NCBI GenBank assembly: GCA_965214095.1
Contig: OZ243938.1
Location: 2,816,001 to 2,880,000, forward strand
Length of the DNA: 64,000 bases
DNA from: Candidatus Poribacteria bacterium
Lineage (GTDB): Bacteria; Poribacteria; WGA-4E; WGA-3G
Direction: 5' to 3'
Of the stretch, positions 18,772 to 29,100 are shown one piece after another. The position numbers and the translations under genes were made by a program. The notes beneath the pieces were generated by a model, which was not told the DNA's origin, ran no database searches, and saw nothing but the letters and a program-made list of their open reading frames with translations. The first letter of the stretch is position 1. Every line of letters begins with the position of its first letter.

Positions 18772-19998
18772 TCAATCTTCTACACTTTCTTTTGGATCAA
18801 GTTCAACAAGCAAGGAATTAAGTTCATAATTGACCGTTGTGTTTTTCTCCTTATTTTCATAGTAGTCATAGAGCTTAAACTGTAAATTATCGGTCGGATT
18901 AGATTCTTCAATTTCCTTGATCAGTGCAGGTTTATTCAGTAGTTGTACGATAAGGACTCTGTCTTCGTGATTAGGAATTGCTTTGTTTATCAGCAAATCG
19001 ATTAATCGTGGTGCTAATCCAGATGCGCTCCCTTTTTCAGCATAAAGACTTAACGTATCAACAACAACCTTTTTCGTTTTTATACTTGAATCGTTGGTGA
19101 GCATGTCAATTAAATTATCAACAGCATTTGCATCAACATGCTTCTGTAATGCTCTGACAATGGAGATCCGCACTAAATCGTCGGTGTCTTTAAGAGCGTT
19201 GATCAATTTTGGTGTTGGCGGTGGATTTAGCAATATCATCGATCTGGCAGCAGCACGTCGTGCGACAACGTTAGCATCATTCAAACCTGCCTCAATGTCA
19301 TCTTTGTATGCTTTGTTGTTCAGTTTGTATAAAGCAGCAATAATCTCCATCTTCAAACCAGCATCCGTTGCTGTATTTTTTAGTGCTTCTAATCTGTCCT
19401 CGGCAGCAGGATCAGCGATTTCTCCGATAATACGGATCAATCTGTCCCTGACTAAAACAGGCGTGTCTGTGCTTTCAACTGCGGTGAAGAGTTCATCAAG
19501 ACCTTTGCTTCCAATTTGTGTTAGGATATAATCAAAGTCTGAATGTGCATTGGTATATTTATTTTCAATGAAACTCTTTATAATAAGGGGAATGACTGGT
19601 GTTCCTTTATCAATTAGGATTTGTATTGTATCCTTATGAACACGGTATCTCCCATCAAGAACCCGACAAGTTTCCCTCATTTCAGATAAGTTCAATTCTG
19701 CGAGTCGTCTGGCACGTTCATTTTTATATTCACTTTCTTTATTGTTGGTTCTTAACCACGCAGTGTTCTCAGAAAGGGCATGACTATATGCAATGAGCAA
19801 GAGTGCTCGAACTTCATCCTTATCTTCTTCTTCTACTTCGGCAAGTTTTAGATGTTCCTCAATTGCTTCAATTGCAAGTCCAGCTTGCAATAATTTATCT
19901 TTACCAGGCGATATTTCAGGTATGATTCCACCATCCTGCTTACAGCCAAACGACACAACCCATAGTAATACGAGGCATATCGTTATAAGTTTTTTCAT
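18772..19998 (-). CDS. HEAT-repeat lipoprotein (paralog A)
   Basis: Lipobox SFGC; LNDANVVARRAAARS and LKDTDDLVRISIVRAL HEAT repeats; GGAGG RBS before MKKL. Confidence 0.8.
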   Translation of the reverse strand: MKKLITICLVLLWVVSFGCKQDGGIIPEISPGKDKLLQAGLAIEAIEEHLKLAEVEEEDKDEVRALLLIAYSHALSENTAWLRTNNKESEYKNERARRLAELNLSEMRETCRVLDGRYRVHKDTIQILIDKGTPVIPLIIKSFIENKYTNAHSDFDYILTQIGSKGLDELFTAVESTDTPVLVRDRLIRIIGEIADPAAEDRLEALKNTATDAGLKMEIIAALYKLNNKAYKDDIEAGLNDANVVARRAAARSMILLNPPPTPKLINALKDTDDLVRISIVRALQKHVDANAVDNLIDMLTNDSSIKTKKVVVDTLSLYAEKGSASGLAPRLIDLLINKAIPNHEDRVLIVQLLNKPALIKEIEESNPTDNLQFKLYDYYENKEKNTTVNYELNSLLVELDPKESVED

Positions 19999-20272
19999 GT
20001 TACGTTCGTTTTTTCCTCCTAACATCAACATAAATAAAATGTCCCATTCATAATGTTACTTCTATTATTTTTCCTCAAGATTACGAGGGTATCATTCTTC
20101 ATATATAATAAAACAGATGCATTTTTGTGTCAAGAATATATTTGCTTCCGTATTATCAGTGTGAATCCAATAGCAAAACAGAACAAATCGTTTGCAGTCA
20201 CTATACAATATCACAGCCTCTTCCATGCTCATGAAAGAGGCTGTATTTACATGTCCATATTGGTTGTTCAAT

Positions 20273-20825
20273 TTGACATACTCCCCCAGCTAAAGCAGGG
20301 GGATTCTTTTATCCCTCTGCCCTGGGTAAATTCTGCGATCAACAGTGAATGCAAACGCCAGCAAGGCCTTTGTTTGTCTTCTATCACCTACTGCACTGGA
20401 CGATGCCCCGCCCATTCATCTGTCACAGATTTTCACCTGTTTTAGATAGCAAGATTCTTTTTTGTGAAGTGGCACTGCCTCACCCGAAACAGTTCATTGT
20501 TGTCCTTCTTACCAGACACCCCGACACAACAAGAGATGACTTACTTCTCTTGGGGGTCTTTTATACAATATGTCTACTCGCTCCTTTTGAGAGTTCGCTA
20601 TTTAGCGACTTTGGTAACGCATATTGCAGATATGTGCTGCATATCAACCCGCTCACGTGTTCCAGTTCGCATTCGACTGGCATGATATGGATGCTCTCCA
20701 CCTACCTACATGGTTGACGATGTAGTATTACATCTAATCTTTCGTTGGGCAGTCAGTGATACCCCGCACATGTTAGCCGTTCTACATCCCAAAACTAAAG
20801 CATTGGGTTTTGAACGGAATGTTTG
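20273..20825 (-). mobile_element. Non-autonomous IS200/IS605-family derivative (both ends present, no tnpA/tnpB)
   Basis: On the minus strand, TTAT|CAAACATTCCGTTCAAAACCCAATGCTTTAGTTTTGGGATGTAGAACGG is a left-end-type hairpin and GAATCCCCCTGCTTTAGCTGGGGGAGTATGTCAA is a classic right end ending in TCAA. Confidence 0.75.
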
Positions 20826-20837
20826 ATAAAAGCACAA

Positions 20838-22061
20838 TTATTTGATTTCTTCAAGCAAATCAAAGAGTGCCTTTCTCACGAAATCACTTTCTTCCTGTTG
20901 TGAATAAGTGTAGAGTTGATTATATATATCCTCGGTTAGCTTCAATGCTTTAAGGGATTTTTTTAACACAGGATCCTGCAAGAATGTAACAATCCGAAGT
21001 CGTACATTGTCACTGCTTATCTCTTTATTTATGAGTAACTCAGCGACAGTTTTTGCGATTCCTCTTTTTAGTTCTCCACCAGCATGAACATACGTAGTAA
21101 GCGTATTTAACACCTCTTGCTTGACATTTTGTTGTTCTTCCCTATCAGCATCTTTATTTTCGCTCTTCAGAACGTTTACCAAAGGTTGTACTGCATTTTT
21201 TGATTTATGTACAGCCAGTGCCTTAACAATTTCCTTTACTACCTGTTGATCATCGTCTTTAAGAGCATTGATGAGAGAGGAAGTGTTGACATTCTTTAGG
21301 TTCGCCATAGATTTTGCTGCAGCCCGACGCACTTCAACCTTATCTGATTTCAATCCGGCAAGTATCTGAGATTTATAGGAACTATCACCGAGTCTATATA
21401 ACGTTGTATACAATTCCATTTTGAGTGCTGCGGACATATTTGTCAGGTCAATTGACTTTAATCTTTCGACTGTCGTTTTATCGCCAATTTCGCCGAGTAC
21501 GCCAATAAGTTTCATTTTTGTTGCGAGAGGAGTTGAAGCGTCAGTGATACTGTCTAAAACAGGATCAACCGCATTAGACTTCATCTTTACAAGAACATTT
21601 GTGAGATGATTTTGTATCTTTGGATATGTGCCAGCAACAAGATGTTTAATTATTACATTTGCGGCATCTGTTCCTTTTTCAACAAATACTTGAAAACCAT
21701 TCTGTTGAACTTGTGAACGTTTACTGAGAATTTCAATCATTTTGTCCATCTCAGCATCGTTTAAGGCAGCTATTCTTTGTTCCTTTTGTTTCTCGTATTC
21801 CGATTCAAATGTCTGTCCTCTTGTAACACCTGATGTTAGTGCATGTGAATATGCTATAACAAGCAATGCTCGGGGTTCTGCTTTATCCTCTTCTCTTTTT
21901 TCAGCCTCTATAAGATAATTATTTATGGCTTCAACTGCATTCCCTTTATCCATTAGTGTTGTCCTACCCACCTCCAGATGTGTGGGACCTTTCTGTTTCG
22001 TATCACAACCTATGCAGATGAATAAGAGTAAAATCAACGGTATAATTGTAAGTTTCTTCAT
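20838..22061 (-). CDS. HEAT-repeat lipoprotein (paralog B)
   Basis: Lipobox CIGC; shares RALL.IAYSHAL with paralog A; LKSDKVEVRRAAAKS HEAT repeat. Confidence 0.8.
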   Translation of the reverse strand: MKKLTIIPLILLLFICIGCDTKQKGPTHLEVGRTTLMDKGNAVEAINNYLIEAEKREEDKAEPRALLVIAYSHALTSGVTRGQTFESEYEKQKEQRIAALNDAEMDKMIEILSKRSQVQQNGFQVFVEKGTDAANVIIKHLVAGTYPKIQNHLTNVLVKMKSNAVDPVLDSITDASTPLATKMKLIGVLGEIGDKTTVERLKSIDLTNMSAALKMELYTTLYRLGDSSYKSQILAGLKSDKVEVRRAAAKSMANLKNVNTSSLINALKDDDQQVVKEIVKALAVHKSKNAVQPLVNVLKSENKDADREEQQNVKQEVLNTLTTYVHAGGELKRGIAKTVAELLINKEISSDNVRLRIVTFLQDPVLKKSLKALKLTEDIYNQLYTYSQQEESDFVRKALFDLLEEIK

Positions 22062-22245
22062 AGACCCTTTATGTTCCTCCTAACACTATTATTTAAGAAC
22101 GATTTGTCAATATAACTGCGAATTTTTCAATAGTCTACATTATAAAAAATACCACATAATCTTCTAAAAGTCAAATCAAATACAGATAAGACAGGTTCAG
22201 AATTGTTCTGATCTATTGAGAATACATAGTAGAGCTGCTGCCTGA

Positions 22246-22656
22246 TTATTCCGCTAACAATTCAACTTTATATTCCTCAACAATGGCGTTCAAAACAGAT
22301 TGACGAATATCATCTAACTGTGATGCTAATTCCTCTTCAACATTAACCATCAGGCTGTGATCAAAAGTTTCACGTTCAGCACATGGGTCAAACGATTCAC
22401 CATGTGCTTCCAATAAGTGAGACAAGCGTTCAGGAGTTAATCCTGCTGAGATACCGTGTAAGTTCCACGCAGTACCATGGTAACCTTTCACATAGTCATC
22501 TCCGAGATTCTTTCGCAATATCTCTTCTCTTTCTGCACCTTGTACACTACTATTTTCAAGTTCTTCCATAGCAGCTATTGCCCTCGAATCCAATTCTATT
22601 TGAAATGCAGTTGAAGCATCTGCTGCAGCAACTGAATAGATTTTATAGTTTGTCAT
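22246..22656 (-). CDS. Hypothetical protein
   Basis: 136-aa acidic ORF, AAGG RBS, 18 bp downstream of nnr. Confidence 0.65.
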   Translation of the reverse strand: MTNYKIYSVAAADASTAFQIELDSRAIAAMEELENSSVQGAEREEILRKNLGDDYVKGYHGTAWNLHGISAGLTPERLSHLLEAHGESFDPCAERETFDHSLMVNVEEELASQLDDIRQSVLNAIVEEYKVELLAE

Positions 22657-22674
22657 TTTCCTTCTCTATTTCGG

Positions 22675-24231
22675 TTATTCTTGTATCAATGTAGATATTG
22701 CCTGCGGTATTGTCCTTAACACATCGCTTGCGATGAGTCCATGCCTACCAAAAGTTTTGGCAGCGATGTCTCCCGCAAACCCGTGCAAATAAACACCAAG
22801 AGTCGCGGCGTTAGCACTTGGCACTTTTTGTGCAATCAATCCTGCGATAACTCCTGTCAGCACATCTCCCATACCCGCAGTTGCCATTCCTGGGTTGCCG
22901 GTAGCGTTTATCCAAACTCTACCATTTGGATAGGAAGTTATAGTAGGTGCACCTTTAAATACAAGTGTTCCCTCGTATCTTTCTGCGAATTCCGCCGTTG
23001 TGCTAATCCTGTCTGCAGCTAATGTCGGAATAGGAGTGTCTGTGAGCCGTGCCATCTCTCCGAGATGAGGTGTTAGGATTGTTTCCTCACCGAGTAATGG
23101 AATAAGTTCTTTTGCTTTTGCTAATGCATTCAAACCATCTGCATCAATAACCATTTGCAAACCCAGTCCTCGTTCACTATTATCCTTTATCAGTTGATGA
23201 ACAAGCACCACCGTTTCTCGGTTTTGCGACAGACCAGGTCCTATTGCGAGAACAGACTGAGTTCTTTCTGCAAATTCAAGGATAGGTTGGGTTGCTGATT
23301 CTGCTAAACTCCCATTTTCCGTTTCAGGTAAAGGCAGTGTCATAACTTCAGATAACTTAACCTCTAAAATAGAGTTTAGACTTTCCGGAATAGCGAGTGT
23401 CACAAGTCCCGCGCCTGCCCGTAAAGCAGCTTCACTTGTCAGAGAAGCCGCGCCTGTCATCCCTGTTGACCCGGCAATAACAAGCACACGTCCATAACTT
23501 CCTTTGTGTGAATCAGAAGCACGGGGTGGCAACCAAGCCGCTGCATCTTTTTCTGTTGTCCAATTAACTTTGATCTTCTGTGCATTAATGACTTGTTTCG
23601 GAAATCCAATGTCAACAATCTCTAATTGACCTGCAAGTTCAGCACCGGGTTGTAATAACAATCCTCTTTTAGGTAAACCAATAGTTACCGTCCTATCGGC
23701 TTTTACACAAGCACCTAAAGGAGCACCTGTATCTGCATCCAAACCAGATGGTAAGTCAACAGCAAGAATCGGCATGGATAGTTTGTTGATCTCATTGATT
23801 ATTGTTGAGATAGGTTCTCGTACATCACTATGCAATCCTGTACCAAAAATCGCATCTACCAACAATTCACATCTACGATTCTTTATATAGGTTGTATCAT
23901 CTGTCAAAGTCTCCTCAATACACAGTCCAAGCTTATATGCAATGTCCAAATTAGCTCGCGCTTCTCCTGAGAAGCTTTCTTGTGGAGAAACAAGAAAGAT
24001 ATGCACCTCACGTCCAACATGCGCGAGTTGACGTGCAATCACCAGACCATCCCCACCATTATTCCCTTTACCTACAAGAACACCGATTCGTTGCGCAGAT
24101 GGATAATGACATTCTATGGCACGAACAATTTCATTCCCCGCAGTTTCCATAAGAACGATGCCCGGGATACCAATACCATCAATTGTATCTTGGTCAATTT
24201 TGCGCATTTCAGCTGCAGTCACAACTTTCAT
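22675..24231 (-). CDS. nnr: Bifunctional NAD(P)HX epimerase/dehydratase (YjeF)
   Basis: GKGNNGGDG, DAIFGTG, DLPSG, HKGSYG, IDADGLN, TPHLGEM and GMGDVLTG motifs. Confidence 0.95.
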   Translation of the reverse strand: MKVVTAAEMRKIDQDTIDGIGIPGIVLMETAGNEIVRAIECHYPSAQRIGVLVGKGNNGGDGLVIARQLAHVGREVHIFLVSPQESFSGEARANLDIAYKLGLCIEETLTDDTTYIKNRRCELLVDAIFGTGLHSDVREPISTIINEINKLSMPILAVDLPSGLDADTGAPLGACVKADRTVTIGLPKRGLLLQPGAELAGQLEIVDIGFPKQVINAQKIKVNWTTEKDAAAWLPPRASDSHKGSYGRVLVIAGSTGMTGAASLTSEAALRAGAGLVTLAIPESLNSILEVKLSEVMTLPLPETENGSLAESATQPILEFAERTQSVLAIGPGLSQNRETVVLVHQLIKDNSERGLGLQMVIDADGLNALAKAKELIPLLGEETILTPHLGEMARLTDTPIPTLAADRISTTAEFAERYEGTLVFKGAPTITSYPNGRVWINATGNPGMATAGMGDVLTGVIAGLIAQKVPSANAATLGVYLHGFAGDIAAKTFGRHGLIASDVLRTIPQAISTLIQE

Positions 24232-24635
24232 GCAGTTTCGCCTTGTAGTTTGTCAGCTAATTCCAATAAATACGTTTCCATTTTACAAGTAGCTTGTTCT
24301 AAGCTCTCTTGCGAAACCTGAATTTCCTGAATTCGTTCATCTTGATGCGTTTTTAGACAAAACGTCAAATTTGTGCGAAGATCGAACAGACTCTGATGAA
24401 TATGGTCTTGGAATGAACCATCTGGATACATCCACCGTCTACCACGCGTCTGACGTAAGTTGAAGTGGCAATGTCCGTTATCACCACCAAAACAATCAAA
24501 CCGCATAATCTCATCATCATAAACATATAGCGATGCTGCGGGACCACGTCCACCAACATCATCTCGCCAATAGACTTGCAACAAAACATTCTCTTGAATA
24601 GGATATTCAACCAGATCATGTTTTCGGTTAGCCAT
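24228..24635 (-). CDS. Hypothetical protein with an RFDCF..HxH motif
   Basis: GAGGAGG RBS before MANRK; stop overlaps the nnr start (ATGA). Confidence 0.7.
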   Translation of the reverse strand: MANRKHDLVEYPIQENVLLQVYWRDDVGGRGPAASLYVYDDEIMRFDCFGGDNGHCHFNLRQTRGRRWMYPDGSFQDHIHQSLFDLRTNLTFCLKTHQDERIQEIQVSQESLEQATCKMETYLLELADKLQGETA

Positions 24636-24953
24636 CTGTATCCTCCTCATCCACTAAAAAAGTATGTTGAGTTTCAACTTAATATGTGATAAATTATAGC
24701 ATTGTTACAATGAAGGGTCAAGATCTTACTAGACTAAATTGCGGAGTACCGTCTTGCAGATTTCAATTGATGTAGTATGGAAACTTGCTGAAGCTTCCTC
24801 GACAACATGTGACATGTCTTCATCCGATTCAGCAATTATCGCTAATATTCTGTTAGGTGATAACCTCATAAATCAATTGACATAACAGTTTGACTGTTGC
24901 GATCATCTGGTCGCACAATTTTGATCTACGGATCATAAAGAAAGGAAATTAAT

Positions 24954-25958
24954 ATGGCAAAATTTAAAGCAGGTATTATCGGTTGTGGTGGACGCGGACG
25001 CGCACATGCACAAGGATACAAAGCATCTCCTGATGTGGAGATAGTCGCATGCTCAGACCCAATTGAAGGCGCACGTGACAAATTCTCTGAACAGTTTGAA
25101 GTGCCGCGGACTTATGAAGACTATAATGAAATGCTTGAAAAGGAATCGCTGGATTTCGTCAGCGTATGCACATGGATTGCACTTCATAAAGATATGGTCA
25201 TCGCTGCTGCCAATAGCGGCATCAAAGCAATCCACTCCGAAAAACCGATGGCACCGACATGGGGTGAGGCAAAAGCACTCTATCAGGCATGCGTGGATAA
25301 CGATGTCGTGATAACTTTCTGTCATCAACGCCGTTTTGGTGCACAATTCATCAAGGCAAGACAATTGGCGAACGAAGGTGCAATAGGTGATTTGCGGAGA
25401 ATGGAAGGTTCATGTTCAAATCTACTTGATTGGGGAACACATTGGTTTGATATGTTCCAATTCTACAACAATGACGAACCTATTGACTGGGTTATTGGTC
25501 AAATAGATGTAACAGAGGAAAGAATCGTCTTCGGAACGCAGGTAGAAACCAGTGGTTTAACGTGGTACCGATGGAAAAACGGTGTAGAAGGCTTGTTGAC
25601 GACAGGTGGTGTCTCCTTAAGTGGATTCGCAAATCGTATCATTGGTACGAAAGGCATTATTGATGTCGGTGGTGGAGCACCGGTAAAAATGCTAAGAGAA
25701 GGGTCAAACGAATGGGAACAACCCGATCTCAGCGATGTTACCCCAAAAGGAAACGACACGACACTCTCTGTACTTGATCTAATTGACAGTGTCAAGACAG
25801 GACGTGAACCTGAGCTTAGTGGACGAAAAGCACTTCAGTCAACTGAACTTATATTCGCAACCTACCACTCCAGTCGTGAACGTGCCAAAATCACCTTACC
25901 ACTCACCGCAGATGATTCCGCACTTCTAACTATGGTCGCAGATGGAGATATCGGTTGA
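24954..25958 (+). CDS. Gfo/Idh/MocA family oxidoreductase
   Basis: IIGCGGRG, SEKPMA, HQRRF and DWGTHWFD motifs. Confidence 0.9.
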   Translation: MAKFKAGIIGCGGRGRAHAQGYKASPDVEIVACSDPIEGARDKFSEQFEVPRTYEDYNEMLEKESLDFVSVCTWIALHKDMVIAAANSGIKAIHSEKPMAPTWGEAKALYQACVDNDVVITFCHQRRFGAQFIKARQLANEGAIGDLRRMEGSCSNLLDWGTHWFDMFQFYNNDEPIDWVIGQIDVTEERIVFGTQVETSGLTWYRWKNGVEGLLTTGGVSLSGFANRIIGTKGIIDVGGGAPVKMLREGSNEWEQPDLSDVTPKGNDTTLSVLDLIDSVKTGREPELSGRKALQSTELIFATYHSSRERAKITLPLTADDSALLTMVADGDIG

Positions 25959-25970
25959 TTTCAACTTAAT

Positions 25971-25993
25971 TGGGCAGGTTTTGAACCTGCCCA
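25971..25993. terminator. Hairpin downstream of the oxidoreductase
   Basis: TGGGCAGGTT-TTG-AACCTGCCCA perfect 10-bp stem; no clear U-tract. Confidence 0.4.
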
Positions 25994-26106
25994 TAACACA
26001 AAACATAGGATATAGATACAATGCTATGTTTTTATCAACCTAATTATAATTCCTGCGTCTAAACCATAAATTTAATCCAATCTATATTAATAGGACATTA
26101 ATTCTT

Positions 26107-29100
26107 GTGAATACACGCGAAGTTGAATCCAAACTTCGTAGTAGTGGGGGAAAACGCGTGTCAAAAATCAAAAATTGTTTTACTTCTGTGTGCCACAACA
26201 AACAAGGGACTAAATTATCAACCGGTTATCGTTGGGCACTATTTCTCATTTTCCAATTGCTTATTGCATTGTTAGTTGTGCAGCCGAATGCCTGGGCAGG
26301 TCTATTGGGTCTCTCCGTAGATGCGAATGGCGATAATGTATTTAACGGTAAAGACGATGGAGAGAAATTAATCATCTCCTTTACAACCAGCGATTTTGGT
26401 GATGCTCCTAATGAACTTGGTCAAGGTGGTCAACAGTATAAATATGCTATCCTTGTGGATCATAATGGAGAGAAAACAATCATCTCCGGTCCTGGTACAG
26501 GTGATACATTATCAAAAAACCAAACTGTACAATATGTATGGGATGGAACCTATCAAAAACCTGACAATCCAGATGAACGACAAATACTACCTGATGGTGA
26601 TTATACAATTACAGTCAAACTTACTGGTACTCCCGCTCTTCCACAAGGTCAAGTATCAGAACTAACTGCCCAAGTAACCTTAGACACCAAAGTTCCAGAA
26701 ATTACTATCAGTATTGATGATGATGCTTTTTCACCTGTCCTGTATTCACTTCCTGTCTACTATGATATAGATGAAGATGTCTCCGAGGCATGGTTGGAAT
26801 TTCAAAGAGCACCAGGAAACGTTAACATTGGCAGACGTGTTCCACTTGCTACCACATCTGGCAGCCACACATATAATTGGGATGGTGAGGATAACAATAG
26901 AAGAGCCTTTTTTGATGGACAATATACTTTAAGAATTCGAGTGAAGGACAGAGGTGGAAATGAAGCAGAATCAGGGAAAACAGGGAATATTACAATTGAC
27001 ACAGAAGAACCCCGTATTACAAGTCTTACACTGAACGATTCAATTGCACTTACAAATGGCAAGTTTGTGAACGCGCCAATTACGACAATCGATTTCACTG
27101 CTGATGACCCTGAAGGCACAGGTGTTAATCTCACGGGACGAGATACAGAAGTCCTAATTAGATTTGTCGGTGGAGGATACCTAAATGGTGCAATGACCTT
27201 TGGGAACAAAGTTACATTTACGCTCGGGGATATTTTAGATGAACTTGATGAAAACGGTGAATATGAAGTTACTGCATTTATCTCCGATAATGTTGGAAAC
27301 CTTGCTTCAAGTCGCGTCCGATTCACATTTGATAACTCTGTTCCCATATTAAAGAGTGTCGCAACACAAAGTGGAGAATTTGCCCCGGGTAGTGGTATTA
27401 GTGGATTGACAAATTATATTGAAGCGACATTAGAAGACAATATTGAACTTAATCTCGCTGATTCAACAATACGGTTAAAAGGACCGAGTGGTAGCGACAT
27501 GCTTGGACAGCAGACGCGACCCGCAGATGATAAAATACGGTGGCAGCTGTTATCTCCCCTATTAGCAAAAGATGGCATACATGACGGTCAGTACACTGTT
27601 GAGGTAGTCGCTTCAGATAAGGCGGGAAACCAAACCACACCCATACAGATTACATTTCTTTTTGACAATCTTGCACCAGAACTTGTATCAATAAGTCCGA
27701 CACGTGATGGTGAACCATTCAACATCTTAGGCGACACTGTGTATTACAATCTCCCCCTAAACCAGTTTGTTGCTACTTTTGATGATGGTGAATTTGGGAC
27801 AGGTGTAATCTTTTCAGAAGCAGACGACATTAGTCGTATTATATTTGGTACACAAAAGACAGACGGTGGTGTTGATACAATATCAGGCAGCGCATTCCCA
27901 GACCCAAATAATAATGTACTTACATACATATTGGATGATCCTCTTCTAAATAGTGATGGAAATCAAGACGGAAGTTATAGACTTAATGTTAAAGCTTCAG
28001 ACCCTCTCGGTAATAATAGAATCTACAGTTTTCATCTTATCTATGACACACAAGTGCCCACGCTTGTTTCTACAGTCCCAGCTGCGAATCAAAGCGTTCA
28101 GGATTTATCGCAAGTTGTTGTGAAACTAAATGAAACAACAAGCGGAATTGATTTCGTTCAAAGTGTCTTTGCACTCAAACGCAATATGGGTGAAAATCAA
28201 GTTGAAGTGCCTGTGAATATTTCAAGTAACGGCACAGATACTGCTACACTTACGCTACTACAACCGATTGCGTTGGATGGATCCGACGATGGCACTTATA
28301 TAATTGAAGTTATACCGACTGACAGAGCAGGAAATCTCGGTTCAGTTGTCCGTCGTGAATTCTATCTGGTCAGTCAGGTACACCCACAAGTCAAATTACT
28401 TACACCTGAGACCGGAACGGTAAATAGTTTAGATGATATAACAGTAGAACTTGTTGGTTATATCGGTTCAGGAATCAATTTTGATGCTTCAACAATCACT
28501 GTGCGAAACGCACTAGGTCAAATAGTTCCACAAGCAGAAGTTACTGCAGATGCTGCCACTAACCAGTTGACATGGAGCACAGAAGCCGCAATTCCAAAGG
28601 GTACAGCAGATGGAAGATACACTATTACAACGTCTTTCCGTGATTATTCTGGTGTTGTAATCGCTCAGACTTTTAATTTGAATCTGGATACCTTATCCCC
28701 TTCAATCACATCTGTCCAGGTTGGCACAGATGCATTGAGTTCACTATCTCTTGATAGTACTATTGATGTTACTGAAGCGTTCTCTCATATCAATATTGAA
28801 TTTGATGCAACCGATGTAGACTTTGAAAACACAGTTGTCACATTAGTAGACCCCGATAGCAATGAGATTGCAGCACGCAAAAGCATTGATGGGGAAACAT
28901 TGTTGACACTTAGTTTCCAAAACCTCGCGAGACTCGGTTCTTACACACTTACAGTCACACCCATAGATAACATCGGAAATGTATCTGACTCACCGTTTAT
29001 CTACAAATTCAATTTAGATATTGCAGTGCCAGTTGTTACATCTGTCTTGATTGACGGTCAAATTGGTGCGATTGTTTATGTCAAGGGTGCTGGAGAAATC

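Noticed and set aside
20053-20717. Three short + strand ORFs over the IS605-derived element
   Set aside because: No TnpA HUH or TnpB RuvC motifs, no clear RBS, and mutually overlapping frames.
24782-24836. Similarity to 5150-5197 (AACTTGC.GAA...ATCCGATTC.GC)
   Set aside because: Only two short matching blocks with different spacing; cannot be separated from chance without a genome-wide search.
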